64,000 bases of DNA, taken from contig CAVQKE010000003.1 in the NCBI GenBank assembly GCA_963713045.1, positions 192,001-256,000 of the forward strand. Reading direction: 5' to 3'. Both the position numbers and the translations under genes were made by a program. This document shows positions 48,930-58,823 of the stretch, piece by piece. Each line of letters opens with the position of its first letter. Position 1 is the first letter of the stretch. Origin of the DNA: an uncultured delta proteobacterium. GTDB lineage: Bacteria > Myxococcota > Myxococcia > Myxococcales > Myxococcaceae. The notes beneath the pieces are model-generated. The model worked only from the letters and a program-made list of their open reading frames with translations, was not told where the DNA came from and ran no database searches.

Positions 48930-49613
48930 GAGCAAGAGACTATACAACGCTTGTGCCAATCCGTCTGGTGTCGGCAACCTTGTGACCGCGAAAGGGCTGC
49001 GCGCGCGGTCGAACATCGACGCCGAGAATGCGCACCAAAGTCATGGGGTGGCTGTGGTCGCATTAAGGGGCTGCAAGACGCCTGCCCAGCGACCGCGCTG
49101 ACCCGTGCGGGCAAACCTTCACCTTGTGCGCCACCCTGCTGCTCCGAGTGGGCTAAGCCTAGTTTTCTGCCACAGGGTTTTGCGCCAGGCGGCGGCAATC
49201 AGGGCGGCGTGAAATCCAGCCACGGAGTGTGCTGCTGTCGGCCGACCTATATCTATCCAGGCGGAGCCTTCTGCTGCGTCCCGTGCCCTAGCGGTCAGAC
49301 TCCAAGCGACGGTGGTCCGCTTGCGTCGGGCTGCAAGTGACAGATGCCGCGAAGTGAGAGGCGAGCCAAAGTGGACGCCGAGGCCGACAAGGTGGTCGGG
49401 CTGATGAACGACTAAGGAGGCTGTGGCACAGTACCGTTACCCTGAACTTCCTTGCTGCGCGGTCCGCTCTTGTTCCAGCCAGCGAGAGCGTTCTCCAATG
49501 GGTACGGATGTCCGAGAGGTTGCGCACCAAGACGGCAACGCTGTTCTCGGCGTCAATCAACAGCTCCGGCGAACGCTGAAGCGCTGCCCGCGCGCTTGCA
49601 GTAGCTTCGGCTC

Positions 49614-50087
49614 ATGATGGCAGACCGCTCGATGAGCGCTTCGGCCGACATCGTCCTGCTCGCGCTGCAAGCGTCCCAGGTCGCCTTCCTCTGGACCCAC
49701 GACTGGGTCCCGCTTGGCCGATTAAACGACGTCGCGGCGGTGCGCAGCCAGGACACGACCTGGCGCCTGGTCGTCGTGACGCTGATTCAGAGCGTGCCGT
49801 TCACCATCGGCCTCGTGGCTAGCGGGCTATTCCTTGGCTATCGGCAACCGTCCTGGCTCAAGATCTGGCTGTGGGTGAGCTATGGCGCACTGCTCTGTGG
49901 GCAGCTGCGCGCTTGGTGGGTGCCGTACCTGTTCTGGCCGGAACCTCAGCGGGCCGCGCGGTACCGCGCGATGTTCGGGAGGACTTACTCCTTCCTTCCC
50001 GAGCGTAACGGGCTTGTCCCCAATACGGCGCACGTCCTCCTGCATATCGCGACCGCAGCGACACTGCTGGTGCTGTGGTTTCGGTGA
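49614..50087 (+). CDS. Membrane protein, about 4 TM helices
   Basis: HDWVPLG.LND, WWVPY and PNTAH motifs; hydrophobic segments. Confidence 0.7.
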   Translation: MMADRSMSASADIVLLALQASQVAFLWTHDWVPLGRLNDVAAVRSQDTTWRLVVVTLIQSVPFTIGLVASGLFLGYRQPSWLKIWLWVSYGALLCGQLRAWWVPYLFWPEPQRAARYRAMFGRTYSFLPERNGLVPNTAHVLLHIATAATLLVLWFR

Positions 50088-50984
50088 CGTTGCCTCTCTT
50101 GTGCGGGGCGACACATGGCCGACAGCGCACTACTATGACGATTTGGGCGTTAAACGAGCGAAGGGCGGCATATTGTTTGGCCCTATCCTCGAACCGAACG
50201 CAGATTTAGATCTGGTAAGAGCAGCAGCGCGCTCAACGGGTGTTGCTTTTGGCCGCCGCATTTATCCGGGAAAAGGCGTTGCCCGATAATTGGCTCCCCG
50301 CAGTTCCCTTTCTAGAAGAGCGAGCGAAGGGCCACGAGGCGTTTCCAGAGCAAACTATTTCATTGACCAATGATCTTAAATGGTTTCCGTATACAACTGA
50401 AGAACTCTATGGTGTGTCCGCGCCCGAGCTAATGAGGGTGGCAAGTTATCGGGGGGTAATTGACGCAATAGCTTCGAAAAGTAACCACACGCCGATGCCA
50501 AACTGGACCGGTAAGAAGCCGCGAGACTACATAGGCGAGGAGCGAGTGAGTAGTCGAAATTGCAAATGAAGACCTGTACAGTAGCACTAAGTTTTATGTG
50601 ACCGGTTGAGCCGCCTTGGACTAGGAATGACCGCCGGTTGCTCCCGCCAATCCTTACTCTCGTCCGTCCCGCCATTTCATGTTATGGGGTCGAGTCGGGC
50701 TGGGGACGGGAGGGAGTCGGTTTTTGAGAGACATGTCAAGAACTGCGAGCCATTTGGACAGCACTGAAGCGTCCATATGCTAAGAAGTGGGAACTACTTT
50801 TACAGACGACTACCTTGGATCCTTGTGATGGTAGTTTAATTATTTGCTACGGTTGGTCCGTGGATATTTGCAAAAACAGTGCGAGGCCCAGATGGGCTTC
50901 AATACTTGCCTGGGGTTTTCACAGAAGTTAAGGCTGTCCGGGTTTAGCAAGCTATGGCGACCCCTGCTGGGGTCCCCAGCCGCT

Positions 50985-51026
50985 CTGCGGAGCCGAAGGC
51001 CGCTGGTTCGAGTCCAGGCTCGCGCG
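50985..51026 (+). other. tRNA-Arg-like 3' half fragment (att-like remnant)
   Basis: CTGCGGA-GCCGA-AGGCC-GCTGG-TTCGAGT-CCAGG-CTCGCGC-G has tRNA spacing; no 5' half. Confidence 0.65.
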
Positions 51027-51066
51027 CTCCGGAATATCGAATCGTTTGAGCTCGACTGCGTCGCGC

Positions 51067-51551
51067 TCATTCCGCTCGGCACTTCTGGTCGTTGAAGTCG
51101 GCTCGGTCTTTCGCCGCGGCTTCGGCGTAGTCCTTTCCCCAATTGCGGAGTGCCAGCCTCACGCGCGCACTGAACTCCGCGGCGTCGGCGTCCATAGACC
51201 CGCCGAGCGCGGCGTCCCTCTCGGCGTCGACTCTCTCACGAATCTCTTGGGCCGCTCGGCTGGCGGATGCGCTCGACACCCACAAGATTTCGCATTTCGT
51301 GAGCGGCGCCTGCTGGCAGATCGCGGCGTTGTCCTTGTCCTTGGCCTCGTCCACCTGCTTCGAGACGGCTTGCACCACGTCGCCGAGCCTCCCATGACGC
51401 AAGCGAGCTCCTCCCAGACTCCGAGGATCAACACCCGCGCGTGAAGTTCGACCCGAGACCCAAGGCTCTCTGCCGAGCTGCGGTGACGATCTCTGGACTC
51501 GGGCTTGCCTCCTGCGGCTAGGACCAGGCCGACCAGGAACGCCTTGCGCAT
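51067..51551 (-). pseudogene. Frameshifted secreted helical hypothetical protein
   Basis: Signal-like MRKAFLVGLVLA in one frame; coding-like helical C-terminus in another. Confidence 0.4.
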
Positions 51552-51790
51552 GTCTCACCCCGCCGGGAAACTTAGCGCGCCGCCCGTCCCTGAGACACTG
51601 GACTTCCTCGCCGACCGTGCCTAGCCTCGTGGCCGCACGCGGCGCGTCCCCACTCCAGAGCGGACGGCCGAGGTTCGAGTCTCCGAAGCCCCACCAACCT
51701 CCACAACCAGCCTGCGGAGGCAATCGCGCCACACTGAAGCTAGGGTTTTGATTTGAAAGGCTAGCGCCGGTCATTTGGTCCCCGAACGTT

Positions 51791-52669
51791 CTAACGCGGC
51801 GCGCCATCTGGCTGATCGAGAAACTCGCGTATCGCAAGGTTTACCAGAGCAGGCCGACTGTTGAACGTTCCATGGTTGCTCGCCGGAACAATGAAGAGTT
51901 GTCCACGAGCAAGGGCCCTGAATATTTCGGCGTTTTCTTCGATGGACGTAAAGTCGTGGTCGCCAGCCATGACGAGTACGGGTATCGTTATCTTCTTAAG
52001 ATCCGTGGGTTCGATGACGATCGGCTGCAGCCACATTTCGTAACACTTTGCTAACAGTTTCATCCAATGCTCTGGACCATCTGGACTGACCTTGGCGTAG
52101 TCAGCCAGGAACCACGGTGGAAGGCTTGCAGCTGTCTCCCGGAGATGCTTGTCGAGTTCCTGTGGTGACCACTGAGCGTGTTGCCGTTCCTCTGGAGATA
52201 GATCCACCCGGATATTCGCGCCAGAGATAACCAACCGACGAACCAGATTTGGATGATCTCTGGCAAGGATAAGGGCGACATCGGCACCATCGCTGTGCCC
52301 GACGACGTCCATCGGGCCGATGCCGAGTTGTGTGATGATTTCAGCCGTATCATCGGCCATCAATTTGTAGGACAGGGTCCATGCGCCGTCAGGGCTATGA
52401 CCGTGACCGCGCTGATCGATGCCGATCACCGTCCGGAACGATGAGAAATAATCGCGCTGCTTGGCGAAACTATTATCAAAATAAGCCATTCCACCATGCA
52501 GAAACAAAATTGGCGATCCACGGCCATAGATTTGCGTGTAGAGCTTGGCGCCGCGTACCTCATAGTATCGCTGCGTGCCGACGGGGCTATCCACGGTGGC
52601 TGCTGAAGGTGTCGTGCCGATCACCGCAGTGAGAATCGCACCAGTGAAACGATTCATGATGTTTGGCAT
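51791..52669 (-). CDS. Secreted alpha/beta hydrolase
   Basis: LFLHGG, DQRGHGHS, GHSDGA, AGDHD, NHG. Confidence 0.9.
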   Translation of the reverse strand: MPNIMNRFTGAILTAVIGTTPSAATVDSPVGTQRYYEVRGAKLYTQIYGRGSPILFLHGGMAYFDNSFAKQRDYFSSFRTVIGIDQRGHGHSPDGAWTLSYKLMADDTAEIITQLGIGPMDVVGHSDGADVALILARDHPNLVRRLVISGANIRVDLSPEERQHAQWSPQELDKHLRETAASLPPWFLADYAKVSPDGPEHWMKLLAKCYEMWLQPIVIEPTDLKKITIPVLVMAGDHDFTSIEENAEIFRALARGQLFIVPASNHGTFNSRPALVNLAIREFLDQPDGAPR

Positions 52670-52879
52670 GAGGCTCTCGTAGGGTTCAAGAGTTCACCAA
52701 GGGGTGCCCGCGACGCTGTCCGTGGCGCCCACTCCCGTGACGAAACGGAGAAGGTCAGCCTGGCACGGGCCAAGGCGGTGAAGAAGTGGAAAGGGCGCAC
52801 TCTGCGGACGGGGGGCATAGCCGCACTAGCCCTGCTCAAATCGGACGCACCGTGAGGACGCGCTGGGAGCGTGCGGCGC

Positions 52880-53551
52880 TGGCGGTTTGAGAAGACGTGA
52901 AAGTTGCCCTCGAACTCTACGGCGAAGATGTCTCTGTTCAATTCGGCGTCGTCGGCCCAGCTCTCCAATTCGATGTAGCCCCGGAGCGACTCTGGGACTT
53001 GCTGAAGAAGGCCCGTGTCCTCGAGGTACTGCGCGGCCCAGTCTTCCAGAGACTCGTACGCGCCCTGGTACGACTCGGTGAAGCCCGCCACGAACTCAAG
53101 GACCCGCTCCGCGTCCGTCGGGAGGCCGATGTGCTCAAGGTGGGCAGTAACCACTCTGCCATGCTCGAGGATGACGGCGCCGATGGCGCAGACGAGCTCG
53201 AGGTCCGCGGACTCGGACGGCAGGTACTGAAGCCCTCGAAGTCGTGGATGGCGTACTCCTCCGCGCGCCTCCGGGGCGATGTCCCTCGCCGCGCCGGGCT
53301 TGCGCCCTCTCTGGCGCGCGCGTGACGGATACCGCTCTTTCAGAGCAGCACCATGAGCGGCGGCGTCGAAGTCCAAGCAGCGCCACAAAGAGGGTTCCCC
53401 GCATCTACGTGGCCTCGCTTTCGGAGCTGCAATGCCGGCCGGCTTCACGGTGTCTGCTCCTGGAAGCAGCGGACATTCGACAGGTGCGCGCCAGAGAGGG
53501 TGCAGCCGGCAACGTCGAAGGACATCGCCCCGGGGCGACGCGTGGAGTACC
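52880..53551. pseudogene. ardA: Rearranged antirestriction protein ArdA remnants
   Basis: Plus strand: PRIYVASLS / NAGRLHGV. Minus strand: AEEYAIHDFEGF and YQGAYESLEDWA..PESLRGYI..FHVF. Confidence 0.75.
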
Positions 53552-53885
53552 CACGCTCGCAAAGGTGCCGCGCGTTCAAGCGAAAGCCGCGTGCCAGCGC
53601 AGTTCAGCTGGCACGCCGGGTTTCGCAGCGCGGCAACAGAAGCCTTCAACAAGCCGGCAGCTTCTTTTCAGTGGGGGCCGCTTCAGACCTCGCGGCAACC
53701 AGCTGGGCAACCAAAGCGCACGCGTCGGGCCCAGATGCACCGTACCGGGATTCAGTCAGGAGGACGGTAAGCCGACTCGGGTCGATAGGTGGGCCACTCG
53801 ACGTACCGTGCGCCCCATGCCCATCACCCAGTCGAACGCAATCGAGGTGGCGAAAAGCATCGGCGTCCTTGACGGTCTCCTCAAG

Positions 53886-54134
53886 CTACTCGACTACCTC
53901 AAGCCCTTGAGAGAGCGTCTGGCGAAGTGGCGCATTCGCGGAGACTGGCGGCCCAGTGACAGTGCGCACATCAGCACGCCCAAAAGCATCGACCGTGAAG
54001 AATGTGTTCGTGCGAGCGTCGATGGACTGGATGATTTGTTCCACGGTCCACCACCAGCCGACACCGCCCGCACCAATAATCGCTTCGTGAGATGGTGCAC
54101 TCTCGGTAATACACGTGATCTCACCGTCGGACAT
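53886..54134 (-). pseudogene. DUF3892-like small protein, C-terminus disrupted
   Basis: EITCI..HEAI..GG.GW.WT..II..I....FFT....ADV pattern. Confidence 0.55.
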
Positions 54135-54281
54135 CGGGAGTTCTCCAAGAAGTATTAGTCCATCCCGACGCCAGGGGATTCGCAACGCGAAGTGTCAAAG
54201 CACTAGCGTCACATAGTCACCTGGTGGCCACAGCCAACTCCGAATGGCAACCCACTCAGTAGCCCTGGTATCATTGTCGCA

Positions 54282-54635
54282 ATGGAGAGAGTCTCAACGG
54301 AGTCAGCTGATGCGCACTCGCACCGCCCGCGGGAGAGTCGTATCCAGGCTGAGTTGGAAGTTCGAATCGCTGACCCCGAGCTGTCGTGGCATCAAACCAA
54401 CTCACGAGATTTCTCGCTTTCCGGGATGTGCGTAAGGAGTCCGCGGCCGTACGCCGTGGGGCATCACCTCGCGATTCAAATCGCACTCGGAGGCGAATAC
54501 CTTGAGCTTCAGGGCGTTGTGACTTGGACTAATCCGTCCGAACAGGTCCACGGAGTGCATTTCGTGGATGTGCCACCGGAGGCGGAGGCTCGCCTGGAAG
54601 CAGTCGTCTGGCTACTGACCGGACTCGCGGCCTGA
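54282..54635 (+). CDS. PilZ domain protein
   Basis: RPRESR and DFSLSG c-di-GMP motifs; GVVTW..GVHF. Confidence 0.8.
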   Translation: MERVSTESADAHSHRPRESRIQAELEVRIADPELSWHQTNSRDFSLSGMCVRSPRPYAVGHHLAIQIALGGEYLELQGVVTWTNPSEQVHGVHFVDVPPEAEARLEAVVWLLTGLAA

Positions 54636-55154
54636 CGACGTGGCTGGCGACCTACTGCGAGTCGCCGCCAAAATGCCGCGGAGGATTTCAAGCGGCCTTG
54701 GTGGACACCCTGCGACGATGACGTCAACCGGAATCACCTTCGCGACTCCACCGCGGACCGCGTAGCTTGTGCCAAAGACTCCGCCGCAAGCGGCACAGTC
54801 TCCGACGGCGACCACCAGCTTTGGTTCTGGCGTTGCTGTGTAGGTGCGCTGCAGAGCCTCCTCCATGTTGACGGAGACTGGACCCGTGACCAGTAGCAGG
54901 TCTGCATGGCGCGGGCTCGCGACGAAGCGAATCCCAGCGCCCTCGAGATTGTAATAAGCGTTGGTGAGGGCGTGAATCTCGAGCTCGCAGCCGTTGCACG
55001 ACCCGGCATCGACATGGCGGATGCAGAGTGCGCGACCGAGCACCGCAAGCAACGAGGCCTGCAGCGTCTCTTGTTCGAGCGAAACGCGTTCCGGCTCCGG
55101 AAGCGGTTCGCTCAGAACGCCTGTACGGAAGATGCGACCCAGCACGTCTAGCAT
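54612..55154 (-). CDS. hyfI: Ehr/hydrogenase-4-like small subunit (NuoB family)
   Basis: GSCNGCELE, SPRHAD, GDCA, GCPP. Confidence 0.88.
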   Translation of the reverse strand: MLDVLGRIFRTGVLSEPLPEPERVSLEQETLQASLLAVLGRALCIRHVDAGSCNGCELEIHALTNAYYNLEGAGIRFVASPRHADLLLVTGPVSVNMEEALQRTYTATPEPKLVVAVGDCAACGGVFGTSYAVRGGVAKVIPVDVIVAGCPPRPLEILRGILAATRSRSPATSSGRESGQ

Positions 55155-55162
55155 CGCTCACC

Positions 55163-56701
55163 TCAACCGTCGTGGCCGCTATAAGAAAGATTGAACGACT
55201 TATTGATGAGGGGAAAATCCGGCACGATGTTTCCGAGAATCGCATGCTCCAAGAGTGGCCAATTCTGCCAGGACGGGTCATGCAGATGACATCGCCGGAT
55301 GCTCGAGCCAACGCCGGACTCGAGAGCAATCATGACCGGGCCCCGCCACCCTTCCACAACACCGAGGCCGAGGCAATCGGGCGCGGCTGGAGCAACTTCG
55401 GCCCGAATCGGGCCTGCCGGCAATCCGTTGAGCAATAGGCGGCACAGGCGAATTGCTTCGAGGACTTCATCGAAGCGCACCTGCACCCGTGCCGCAACGT
55501 CGCCAGCAATCTGGACGGCCACCTTCGGCGAGAGGCTCTCGTAGGGGCGCCAAGGCTGATCGACGCGTAAGTCACGCGCAATGCCTGACGCCCGTCCAGC
55601 CAAGCCGATTGCGCCAAGCTTGTGGGCCAACTCGCGTTCGAGCCGCCCGCACTCCCGGAACCTGTCTTGAAGTCCGGGGTGGTTGTCGTAGATGGCACGG
55701 AGCTCGCGAACAGCCCCTTCTAGTGCTGTGAATTGTCCCTCCAGAACCTGTCCCGCCTGGGCAGGAAGCTCTTGTGCGACGCCGCCCGGAAGGACGAAGT
55801 CGAACAAGTACCGTGCTCCGAATGCAGCGGCATTGGTACGGAGCAGGTCCTCCTTCAGGCGGGAGAACTGGCTGAGCCCGAAGGCGAGGCCCGCGTCGTT
55901 TCCGAGCGCGCCAAGGTCGCCCAGGTGGTTCGCGATGCGCTCGCGTTCCAGCGCCACGGCCCGGAGCGCCATGGCACGTGGGGGTGACTCGGTTTCGGTG
56001 ATGGCCTCCAGCGCCGCACAGTATGCCCAGGCGAACGCCACCGCCGAATCACCCGAAGCCCGTGCAGCCAAGCGGTGCGCCTCCTGCTGAGTGAATTGCT
56101 CGAAACGCTTGGCGATGCCTTTGTGCGCGTAGCCGAGGCGCTCCTCGAGGCGTAGGACCTTTTCTCCGACGACGGAAAACCGAAAATTTCCTGGCTCGAT
56201 GGTGCCTGCGTGAACAGGCCCGACTGCGATTTCATGAACGCCGTCTCCCGCGACCGAGACGAAAGAGTACTGGTTGGAGGCGACCGGGTATTGCTGGTCC
56301 GGGCTGGTGTCCTTGCGCAACGGGAATACTGCCTCCGGCCAGCCGCCGTGCCTGATCCATGGGCGTTCGTCGCCGCTCTCGGCTCTCAGGCCAAGCAGGT
56401 CCTTCACTGCGCGCTGTAGACGTCCAGCGACGGGAAACAGGGGCTCCAGGCTTGGATAGGTGGGCGCCGTCGCTCTCACGGCGTGCTCCACGACGAGGAC
56501 TTCGTCTTGGAGGAGGTATGCAGCGTAAACGCGGAAACAGACATCTCGGTCACGGTCGTCTGCGCCCCAGAGGGAGAGCAAGCCCGCTCCGGCGCTCTTG
56601 AGCACGTTGGCTACCGTGAGCCAATGGTGCCCGTCAACCGCCACGCGGCTCGCCCGTATGTTGGCGGGGAGAGGATTCCTTTTGAACGAATCAGGTAACA
56701 T
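55163..56701 (-). CDS. hyfG: Ehr large subunit (NuoC+D-like) lacking NiFe-binding cysteines
   Basis: VGPVHAG.IEPG, LGYAHKG, EGWRG, DPSW; RASGD and SFNLSYSGHD replace both CxxC motifs. Confidence 0.88.
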   Translation of the reverse strand: MLPDSFKRNPLPANIRASRVAVDGHHWLTVANVLKSAGAGLLSLWGADDRDRDVCFRVYAAYLLQDEVLVVEHAVRATAPTYPSLEPLFPVAGRLQRAVKDLLGLRAESGDERPWIRHGGWPEAVFPLRKDTSPDQQYPVASNQYSFVSVAGDGVHEIAVGPVHAGTIEPGNFRFSVVGEKVLRLEERLGYAHKGIAKRFEQFTQQEAHRLAARASGDSAVAFAWAYCAALEAITETESPPRAMALRAVALERERIANHLGDLGALGNDAGLAFGLSQFSRLKEDLLRTNAAAFGARYLFDFVLPGGVAQELPAQAGQVLEGQFTALEGAVRELRAIYDNHPGLQDRFRECGRLERELAHKLGAIGLAGRASGIARDLRVDQPWRPYESLSPKVAVQIAGDVAARVQVRFDEVLEAIRLCRLLLNGLPAGPIRAEVAPAAPDCLGLGVVEGWRGPVMIALESGVGSSIRRCHLHDPSWQNWPLLEHAILGNIVPDFPLINKSFNLSYSGHDG

Positions 56702-56704
56702 ATC

Positions 56705-58153
56705 TCAGCCGATGAGCTTCGCGGCGAGGCGGTACCAATTCGCGAGCGCCGGCGGCATGTAAATTCCAAGAACGAGCACCATTGCCAGGTGCATGAATAC
56801 CGGCACCAACGCTGGATAGTGGGGCAACGGAGGGGCCTCGGTCTCGCCGAAGACCATCGGCTGGACACGACCAAAGATTGCAGCGAAGGCAACGCCCAGT
56901 GCCGCGAGCAGAATGGGCGTCGCCCAGGCGTGGTCCCGCATGGCGGTCGTAAGGATGAGGAATTCACTGGCAAAGACTCCGAATGGGGGCATTCCGAGAA
57001 TGGCCAGCGCACCGAGCATCAGACCCCAACCGACGGTTGGGCTGAGCATGAGGAGGCCGCGAATGCGATCCATGCGCTGTGTCCCGGCCGTTTGTGAGGC
57101 GTGCCCAGCCGCAAAGAAGATGGCTGACTTGGTGAGCGAATGGACGGTCATGTGCAGAAGCGCGGCAAAATTGGCGACCAGACCCCCCATCCCGAAGGCG
57201 AACGTAACAATCCCCATGTGTTCAATCGACGAGTAGGCGAAGAGGCGCTTGATGTCGCGCTGCCGCCACAGGAAGAAGGACCCCACGAGTGCAGACAGCA
57301 GTCCAAACGCCATGAGCATCCGACCTGGAAGGGCATGAATCGACCCCTCCACGAGCACCTTGCAGCGAATGACGGCATACAGCGCGACGTTGAGTAGCAA
57401 TCCCGAGAGTACGGCCGAGACGGGCGTCGGACCCTCGGCGTGTGCGTCAGGCAGCCAGTTGTGAAGCGGCGCGAGGCCGACCTTCGTGCCATAGCCCACG
57501 AGGAGGAAGACGAAGGCGAGGCTGAGGACCGTCGGTTCCAGTTGCCCCTTGACCGCGTTGAGGTGCGTCCACAAGAGGGCGGCCATGCCCTCTCCACCGA
57601 GCAAGCCTTCTGCCGCGAAGTACAGGAGAATGGTGCCGAACAGGGCCTGGGCGATGCCTACGCCGCAGAGAATGAAGTATTTCCAGGCCGCCTCGAGACT
57701 GGCGCGGGTCCGGTAGAGCGAAACCAATAGGACAGTGGAGAGCGTCGCTGCCTCCATGGCCACCCAGAGCAACCCCATGTTGTTGGTTAAGAGCGCCAAC
57801 AACATCGCAGCCATGAAGAGCTGGTACATGCTGTGGTAGAGGCGCAATCGCCTAGGGTTCAGCCGTCCCTTGTGCTCCTCGATGCGCATATAGGGCCGCG
57901 AGAAGAGGGCGGTGGTGAAACCGACGAAGGCAGTCAGCGCCACCAAGAACACGTTGAACGGGTCGATGAAAAACTGCTCGCGCCACACAAGCATCGGTCC
58001 GTCGTGGATGACTCGCAGGACCAGCAACGAGGCCGCCGCCAGTGTGCCCAAGCTCATGAGTACATTGACTTCGGGCGCGAAGCGACGCGCTCCAACCAAG
58101 GCAAGGACCGCAGCACCAAGGAGCGGAACGCCGAGGACGAGCAGGAGCTCCAA
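56705..58153 (-). CDS. hyfF: Hydrogenase-4 component F-like antiporter subunit
   Basis: EAAWKY, GTKVGLAPLHNWLPDAH, AYSSIEH. Confidence 0.92.
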   Translation of the reverse strand: MELLLVLGVPLLGAAVLALVGARRFAPEVNVLMSLGTLAAASLLVLRVIHDGPMLVWREQFFIDPFNVFLVALTAFVGFTTALFSRPYMRIEEHKGRLNPRRLRLYHSMYQLFMAAMLLALLTNNMGLLWVAMEAATLSTVLLVSLYRTRASLEAAWKYFILCGVGIAQALFGTILLYFAAEGLLGGEGMAALLWTHLNAVKGQLEPTVLSLAFVFLLVGYGTKVGLAPLHNWLPDAHAEGPTPVSAVLSGLLLNVALYAVIRCKVLVEGSIHALPGRMLMAFGLLSALVGSFFLWRQRDIKRLFAYSSIEHMGIVTFAFGMGGLVANFAALLHMTVHSLTKSAIFFAAGHASQTAGTQRMDRIRGLLMLSPTVGWGLMLGALAILGMPPFGVFASEFLILTTAMRDHAWATPILLAALGVAFAAIFGRVQPMVFGETEAPPLPHYPALVPVFMHLAMVLVLGIYMPPALANWYRLAAKLIG

Positions 58154-58154
58154 G

Positions 58155-58820
58155 TCAGTCCTCCTTCAGGGCTTCGAGGTGGTGCAGGTCGAGACTTTCG
58201 AACTGTTCGCGAATCTGGAAAAAGAAGATGCCGAGGATGAAGACGCCCACAAGCACGTCGAGGGCGATGCCCAGCTCGACCACCATCGGCATTCCGTAAG
58301 TGGCGCTGGTCGCGGCGAAAAACAGTCCATTCTCCATTGCCAAGAACCCGACCACCTGGGTGACTGCTTTCCGCCGAGTAATCATCATCATGAAGGCCAA
58401 CAGGATGACCGCCAGCGCGATACCGAGCGTGTTCCGGGTGATCGTCGTCGCCAGGGCGCTAATCGGCTGTGCCAGCCCGAAGGCAAAAATGACCAAGGCG
58501 ACACCGAGCAGCATCGTCGTGGGAATGTTGATGAGAGGCTCGGTGTCCCACTGAGCTTCGAGCTCACGAACGAGGCGAAGCAGAATCCAGGGAAGTAGTC
58601 CGACCTTGAGAACGAGCGTCAATCCCGCAGAGAAGTAGAGGTGTCGAAGGCCGGCGCTGTATGCCACCAAAGTGGTGGATGCGAAAAGAATCGCTCCCTG
58701 CCAGGCGAAGAGGGCAATGAGCCGCCGCGTCCGCCTCTGGGACAGCATCGCAAAAGAGATAAGCAACAGACCGGCGGCGAACCCGTTCAACAACTGGGCG
58801 GTCAGGGTCGGCGTGGGCAT
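58155..58820 (-). CDS. hyfE: Hydrogenase-4 component E-like membrane subunit
   Basis: QVVGFLAMENG, PMVVELG..LD. Confidence 0.9.
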   Translation of the reverse strand: MPTPTLTAQLLNGFAAGLLLISFAMLSQRRTRRLIALFAWQGAILFASTTLVAYSAGLRHLYFSAGLTLVLKVGLLPWILLRLVRELEAQWDTEPLINIPTTMLLGVALVIFAFGLAQPISALATTITRNTLGIALAVILLAFMMMITRRKAVTQVVGFLAMENGLFFAATSATYGMPMVVELGIALDVLVGVFILGIFFFQIREQFESLDLHHLEALKED

Positions 58821-58823
58821 GAG

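Noticed and set aside
50100..50569. Lower-GC ORF fragments
   Set aside because: Probably a foreign gene remnant, but no family can be recognised.
55163..56701. Functional NiFe hydrogenase / formate hydrogenlyase
   Set aside because: Both Ni-binding CxxC motifs are absent and no maturation genes are present.
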